Source: Chrysomallon squamiferum (Eukaryota > Animalia > Mollusca). Taken from it: DNA of 64,000 bases. Shown here piece after piece: positions 56,305-64,000 of the stretch. The stretch is taken from the NCBI GenBank assembly GCA_012295275.1, contig CM022670.1, positions 20,770,001-20,834,000 on the forward strand, in the 5' to 3' direction. The position numbers and the translations under genes were made by a program. Below the pieces are notes generated by a model. That model was not told where the DNA came from. It made no database searches and was given only the letters and a program-made list of their open reading frames with translations. Within the stretch, counting starts at the first letter, position 1, and each line of letters starts with the position of its first letter.

Positions 56305-58174
56305 AATGAATGGATTTTGCAAAGACAATTTACCTACGAAACTATTCGGTTTTCAGGACTGATGAAAGCAGCTTGTAGAAATTCAAACAACTTTCAAATT
56401 ACCATCTGTAAAATATTGCCAGAACCTATTTGTGTTACGTCTTATTTGTAATCCCCGTTTCATCATGGGCTCGTAAACAAAGGGTGGTAATCCACGCATC
56501 GCGCTGTGGCTTTGTAAACCTTTTCAGATAAATTAGGGACGAGGCATTCAATTACGAAACATGTACATTCGGTGATTAGTTTCGGTGGATCATAGATCCA
56601 TCACCTTTAATGGCGGCAGTCACGTGACCACTCTTGTCACCCCTGACCTCGCCAGTATTCTTCCGGCAGACACGATTCTCTCATTAATAGACCGGCATTC
56701 GTGATATGTGTAGCTTTCAGATGACAAATAAATTATAATGCAATAAGGTCAGATCTACAAAAAGGGGAGGCCCTGCTTCCAGTCGTAGCAAAGACCCTGA
56801 AAATGCCATGGTTTTACGGTGGGAAAAAAGACACAATGCTTAATGTGCTATTTCACAGGTGCTATGTTTTTTTTAATTTACTAAGATCCGTAAGATATTG
56901 AGATCGAATTCTGCCTCAGGTTCTCTATCTCTACCCATAACGACCCTGTTATTACTTTCAGTACAAAGTCTAGCATTATGAATTACTTATGGAGTAAGAC
57001 ATATTAATTTTAAACTTGGCTACACTGATGCCAGAAAACCTTGAATATTCGATATACTGTAAAAATAATCATTACATTGTAAAAAAAAAAATATATATAT
57101 ATATTGTTTATGATTTCAAATACAAACAACAACAAGAACAAACAAATACGAAATCTTCAAAATAAATAAGAAAATGAAGAATCGAATGTTAAACATTATT
57201 AATTATTACTTTTATAATTATTTTGTGGTCAGACATTCAATCATATAAATAAATAAAATAAATAAATAAATAAATAAATAAATAAGAATACAAAGTGAGA
57301 TGAGATAAAAATAGTAATTACAAAAACCGGAGAGTTACTTCCCTTGTCTTGCGTTTTTTTTTTTTTTTTATTAAGAAAAATTAATTTGTTAATGATGCAA
57401 ATTAATTTTGAAAACATCGAATTATCTATGTTTCCAAATTAAGAATATAGTTATTAAGACAAAAGAATACATTTTTTACTCATTTTTTAATTAGTTTTAA
57501 ACAATTTATATTGTTTTAATTTTTTAGTTGATGGTCTAAAAGTTATAATTTAATTTACTTAATAATATATTCGTAAACCATTATTCTCATCAGCGGTTGT
57601 TCGGAATTTTTAAAAACAATTTTATTTATTTATTTATTTTTGAATTTGCTGTACCAGTACAGTTTAAATCTTAAATTTACTATCCATGTTATCTTATTCT
57701 AATAAGAAGAAGAAGAAGAAGAAGAAGAAAAAGAAGTCGCTTGTGTTATTCCTGTGACCACTGTTTCTGCTGATGGGTATAAATGGTCGTCAAGAAAGTA
57801 AGAACACATGTTTTGTCCATTAACGTGCAGAAAGTGACCGGTACAGATATCCTAAATGGCCATTTCTTTGTGTTTAAACCGTCTGATTTTGTGTTTTATA
57901 GCGTTGTAATCCACGATTAGTGTTAGGTGTTTCGGCATCCACCCATTAGCCCAGGGCTTTAGAAAGCTTGGGAAGACATTAACATGTCCAGTGCACAATA
58001 AATGGTTGGTCAAAAAGCTAGACAGAATGTGTCGAGAAACATTTCAATGAATAGTTAGCATTTTTACAAACATTCTCCTAGTTCATTCACAAGTTTAAAT
58101 TTTTCAAACCAGTTGCTGGGATTTATGTAAAAATCTTTTCTGTCATTTTTTTTTTTCATATATCTTCGTCAACA

Positions 58175-58216
<42 letters not shown>

Positions 58217-59669
58217 ACAAACACACACAAAAATAAGATATTAGAATGTTTTAAAGACTGTTTCTGAAGTTTAAACCTTTTTCAACAAAACATTGCTGCT
58301 TATACTTTTTTTTAAAGCATTATTCAATAAAAATATTAGGACTTTTAAAATACTGTTCTGAGATATTTAGTTAGTTTAAATGATAGTAACATAATAGTTA
58401 CAGTAGGATGCAATTAAAATTTATGAGAAATATAGTATATATTATTTTTTTTATTTTAAGTCTAAAAATAATAAAAGTAATACAAGATTTCTAAATTAAA
58501 TCTATTCCTTCATTTTTTATAGACGTTCATTATTAGTTCTGTAACATTTATATTAGATCTCAAAAATATACTTTTTAAAAGTAAGAATTAAAAGTAATTA
58601 TTACAAAGAATGAAAAAGAAACAAAAACAGGAACATGAAAAAATTAAAGAAAAAGAAGTAAAGATAAGAAAACAATCTAAAATAAATAAATAAATAAATA
58701 AATAAGAGGACCATATATATATTATGTTAACGAACATCAGTATTTAAAACAACGAAAATCAAGAAGACGCAATTTAAAGGAAAAAACATTGTTTAAAAAA
58801 GTAAAAATAATATGTCATGCATATGAAGCTTTTTACATCCACATCGTGGAGAGATATTTCAAAAAGATATGTCAAAAATCATGCTAATTTTAAAGCATTT
58901 GCTAGAAAGAAAAGAGACTTGAGTGCTTTTAACAAAGCTCTTTTTATTTCTGATATTAAAGATAAACTGATTTGAATAACAATTTTAAAATTATCTAGAA
59001 TCACTTCTGGGAGGCTATCAGCGTACCTACCATTCTAGAGGTCTATGTTTGTATTTTATTATTATTATTTTTTTTTTTTAACTAAATAAATAAAAATACT
59101 TTTGTAGAATGATGATGACAGAAGGTGTGGTTGCAGAGATCTTACTGTTTAGACCTCTTTTTATTTTAGCATAACAAATGCGACAGCTGAGACCTGCTGA
59201 CGTTTCGTAAACACCCAAGATATATGAGTATCATGATGAGATATGTTTGTGCAGTAATCCGATAGAAAAAAAAAGCAATCATTTTATACCTGAAATCCAA
59301 GAACAAACGAAACATTCTTTAGCATAAAAAAGCTGATAGTTACTGTTCCAGTAGCAAGTAAAAACGTTTGATACGTATATTTAACAATAATTAGGTATGC
59401 ACACAAATAATAATTATATAATGATGATGATGATGATAGTAATGATGATAAAGATGATAATACAAATAAATTCAATTAATGGATGTAAAACAAAAGAAAA
59501 CATCGTATGTTTTGTGACAAACATTTTGACTTTAAATTAAAAAATGCGTAATTAAGTTGGTTATACTTTTCTAATCCGTTAAATTATGCGTGATAATATT
59601 AACTTGGTGGCGATGATTTAGTATAATAATAATGATTATGAATACAAGGTCGAAGATAACATTTCTATA

Positions 59670-59712
<43 letters not shown>

Positions 59713-59822
59713 TATTTTTTATTAAGAACGACGAAACAATACAATTACTATTAATGAAAGAACAACATTAACAACGAGAACAACGTCAGGTACAACAACA
59801 ACAAAAACAACAGCAGTAACAA

Positions 59823-59861
<39 letters not shown>

Positions 59862-60879
59862 ACAAAATCAAGAACCATAGAAAAAAAAAATTATAATAGA
59901 AACTGGAAATACCATAACAGAATCTCTTATGTGTTTTTAATTCTTATTTTCGTTATTTTCTTTAAATCAATTAAATTATATTAGAAAACAGGTAACAGTA
60001 TTGAAACATAGGCTTGATGATCTGTCGTAAGCGCTATTACGATATTACTCTTTTTGAAATTTAACACTCTGTTTATTTGACGGAAAAAAAAAAAGTCGTA
60101 ACTACCCCATTATTCATCTAGTTTTTCTGCCGCAAACATCTTATGTATTTTAACAAATATTTTGACCTAGCTCTATAATTAATTACCATTAGCTTCTTTC
60201 ACAAATATTAGTATTTATCTTTTGAATCCTATGGAATCCAGAATAACCGTATTTTCAGTGTCTCTTTTACGAATGTGTGTTGCAAAATGAATGCTCTATG
60301 ATTCTTTCTCTATTGCACTTTATGATAAAAACTTTATTAACGTAACAATTTCTAATAAACGTACAACATATAAGTATGTAACTTTATTTAAATGGCAGAC
60401 ATTTTAATTATCACTTTCATGAAATTTAACTCACTTGAACGTGGTTAGAGGCTAAAATGCTTCCAATCGTCTGACAGTCTGAACCATAACTGGGAAGGCG
60501 GCGTCTGAATTTGGTGCTTTCACAAGAAGGTTGTGCTTCTGAGATCAAAAGAAAAAATATTCAAACTGACGTAAGGCGTTTCTCGAATGTGACATACGTG
60601 AAAATATATGACGTTCTTCACCATTATGTATTTACATTTTGTTTTCCTATGTACTTAAAACATTTTTTAAGCTCATAGTTTAACTACAAGTAATATCTTT
60701 CTACGTACTTGTTTTGTGGAAAATTAAATAAATAAATTAAAATAAAGGAAAAACTTCCTCAACGACAAATAAAAACAAGCATCTGAAATGAAAAACATCA
60801 GAACTGACCATAATAAACAATCGTGAATCATTGTACCAAGGAGATACAAGCACCAAGTTTAGTTAATTATGTCAGTAAG

Positions 60880-61270
60880 AATAGTTTTACGTAAAATGAG
60901 TTAAGTTAGTTATCCCCGTATGTAAATTTAAATTGCACAGTTAAGCCAAGTTGCATAGGTTTACGTAAAAGGAGTTTATTTACGCCATTGTGAACAGTTT
61001 TACGCAAAATGTGATAATTTAGTTATTTCCATATGTAAATTTAAATTAAACACTTAATCTAATTACTCTTATATAAAATGAACTTATTTAATTATGCCAT
61101 TACGTATAATGTTAAATAAATCCATTATAGTTAGTTACGCCAATATGTATATTTAGCGTAAAGTTATATTAGTTACGCCAATATGTAAAGTTTTAAGCAA
61201 AATCCGATCAGTTACTCACGACAGTTTGTACAGATTTTATATAAAATGAGTTTCGTTACTATGCCAATCG
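60880..61270. repeat. Degenerate ~40-bp minisatellite
   Basis: Recurrent GTTTTACGTAAAATGAG and TTAGTTACGCCAATATGTA segments. Confidence 0.6.
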
Positions 61271-61724
61271 ATATTATTATTTTTGTTTTTTAATTATAAG
61301 ACAGGCAATTCTTTAAAAAAAAAAAAAAAAAAAAAAAAATTTTTTTTTGCGTGATGTATAGTTTATTAGATCTCATATCCAGGTTAATCATATGAAGTAA
61401 ACAGGCTTCTTCTATAACCTAATTTCGTCAGAACCTATCTACGTAGTGTTTTCGTTTAGTTACAGTCGAACCTGGTAAACAAGATGTTGCTTTCTCAAAC
61501 CTTATATGACCTAAGCGGTCACCTAATCTGAAGACAAAACAAGAAGATAAAAACTATTCAACCGTATTGCATTGTGTATTAATTACTTAGATTAACGGAT
61601 ATGCATCGCACACGTTTGAATACTCTGCTTTCAGGTTTCGAACAGAAGTCGGAAGGGATGTGATTGTTACCTTTTAGCGAATTATTTAAATAGGATGATA
61701 ATTGTATAACAGCATGAATGGAAA

Positions 61725-61831
<107 letters not shown>

Positions 61832-64000
61832 ATTATTTTATAAGGTAGCTAATAATGTGAGCTTTTCCCATTTGACCTCCTGACCTGTGAGAAATGATTC
61901 GACAGGTACCTGTTGTAAAACAATGGTTACGTTGTGGCGTAGCACAAGTTTAAGTTGTGTCAAGCATGAAGGTCAGAAAGTTGGTGAACTTGGCGTTCGA
62001 ATTTTTCTTGACGCACATGAAAACGGAATGACGGTAACCAAATACGCATTTTACTGACCCTTTGCTTTATTACCTCCAGGACATGGCCAAGCCGGGCCAT
62101 TGCCTCAAGGAAAACCGTCATAATCAACGTACAAAGCATACCTTTCATACTAACGATAAGTTATATTCATTTCGAGAAATTCCTTGATCCCGGCTTGTTA
62201 TGACATTGGACACACAAATTTGATTGCCAAAAATGCCGGTAAGCAATCACTACCGAATATGGATATGTAAAGGATACAATTTCAGGTCACAGGTGAAGCA
62301 TAACAAACGAATGTCAAGGTCCTTTTAATAACGCCTTTGTCCTATGAATGCAGATCATGGTGCAGAAAACTGAATGAAATTTGACTGCATTTTTAAAATT
62401 CTAATCATGACAAAAGAGCCGTGAATGAACTGGATGAATGACGAGGCATTAATCACATATGCTGAGAGTGAATTGATATAAATTGCAAATGAATGCCTTG
62501 ATGGTAAAAAGGAGATCATCCACTGCGTTGTTACATGTATGAGCCTGAATTACCACAGTTTACATTCCTTATAGAATAAATAAATAAATAAAAAAATATA
62601 TAAATATATAAATAACTATCATATGAAATGTGCATCAAATTATATTTGAACTTTGGGATGTTGAGATTTTTGAAAGAATGAAAACAAATAACGACTGTAA
62701 TAATCGATCGATCCATAAATTAAAATAATATTTTCTGGTTGTAGCAGTTTTCTGGTTTTTTTAAAAGTAGCAAATATTTTGAGAAAATAAAATGGAATAA
62801 ATTTTGTTAAAGATTTTGCAGTGTCTGGCAACACTTTTGTTTTTGTCTTTCTTTGTGATTTTCTGTATCATTGCAATTATTGTAATTTTATCATTATTGC
62901 CAGTGTTATTGTTATATCTATTATAATTATTATTAGTTATTGTTATTTTTAGTGTTGCTCTTTTATTATGGTTATTTTTATTTTAGTAGTAGTAGTTGTA
63001 ATCATTATTATTATTATTATATCTGTTTTGTAACCGTATTTAATGAATAGCAGAAACAAAGCACAAGTAAACTTATTGACACGTTCAGATCACTGGCACT
63101 CAATTCATATTAATGTGCTATCTTCAACACACAGATCTTCACCTCAACATTCCGACCGTGTTTGTTCATAATCGACAAGCAATTTTTTTAATTCTGTCTA
63201 TCTTGTCATCATTCCGTTTTGCTTAATGTCCTCATGCACAGAACATTTGACTAGCTGGACGATAATACATGTCATCAATCAAACACATTGACAATGGAAT
63301 CTAATAACTAAAGCTTGTTTCCACGTCAACTGTGTATGCTACATATCTGTTCAGACACCAAATCATCACTGTGCATTAAACATGTTAACAGTAAATGGTT
63401 ATGTTGCTGTTACTCAATAACCTTGACCCAGTGACAGAATACGTGTTTAGAAGATGTATTATTGGAGTGCAATAGTTCATTTTCAGTGAAAAGTAAAATT
63501 GTTCTGAGTATGGGTTAATGGGTCAGTTTATATGTTTGTATGTATGTATGTATGAATGTATGTATGTATGTATGTGTGTATGTATGTATGTATGTATGTA
63601 TGTACATACGTACGTAATATATTTTTATGAAACAGTTCATTCGTTTGCCAAAGGGGTATATGCAGATTCAAATGATTATATGAACATACATACATAAATA
63701 CAGATACACACATATATACCTTTCTTTCTTACCCACATACACACAATTTTAGATATAGCTTTACATACACAAACTGATATACATACAATATCGTGTCTGA
63801 CGATCTCTGGGATAACGCATTGTACCTTCGCGATTATATTTAAATTCTACGACGTAAATACTTAAGTGAAAAGACGTACGCATGCACATTTAGACATGTG
63901 CAGAGATACGCATGCATGCAATTCAGACAAAGCTTGTTATGCATGAGAGTGCAGGATATTATTCTGTGACGTCACGCCAACGACGTTAACGACACGTTAC

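Noticed and set aside
61960-62148. 62-aa ATG ORF with a hydrophobic N-terminus
   Set aside because: There is no recognisable domain or splice support, and it is short enough to arise by chance in a GC-richer patch.

Overview
This is AT-rich, microsatellite-dense animal DNA with spliceosomal introns; it looks lophotrochozoan or mollusc-like, but that is inference. (1) There are three paralogous single-coding-exon GT32 (DxD, A4GNT/A4GALT-like) glycosyltransferase genes. Copies 1 and 2 sit on the arms of an old inverted duplication (~50-8490 vs ~19300-24750). Copy 1 is frameshifted and has a LINE in its first exon. All three share a nearly identical catalytic core despite diverged flanks, which suggests gene conversion. 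(2) Three phase-compatible 3' exons of a CCDC78-like gene, missed by the ORF track, lie in the spacer of the inversion. (3) A four-exon, 824-aa receptor reads signal peptide, mucin-like S/T region, Cys module, EGF repeats, TM, TIR domain, with no LRRs. (4) About 18 kb away and divergently oriented, an intronless secreted 147-aa protein carries a Cys module with similar spacing, with TATA/CRE/kB-like sites upstream and a STAT-like motif array downstream. Items 3 and 4 are the best candidate for an undescribed receptor plus ligand/decoy system. MITEs, LINE fragments and minisatellites are also present. All homology calls come from recognition by eye; no searches were run.
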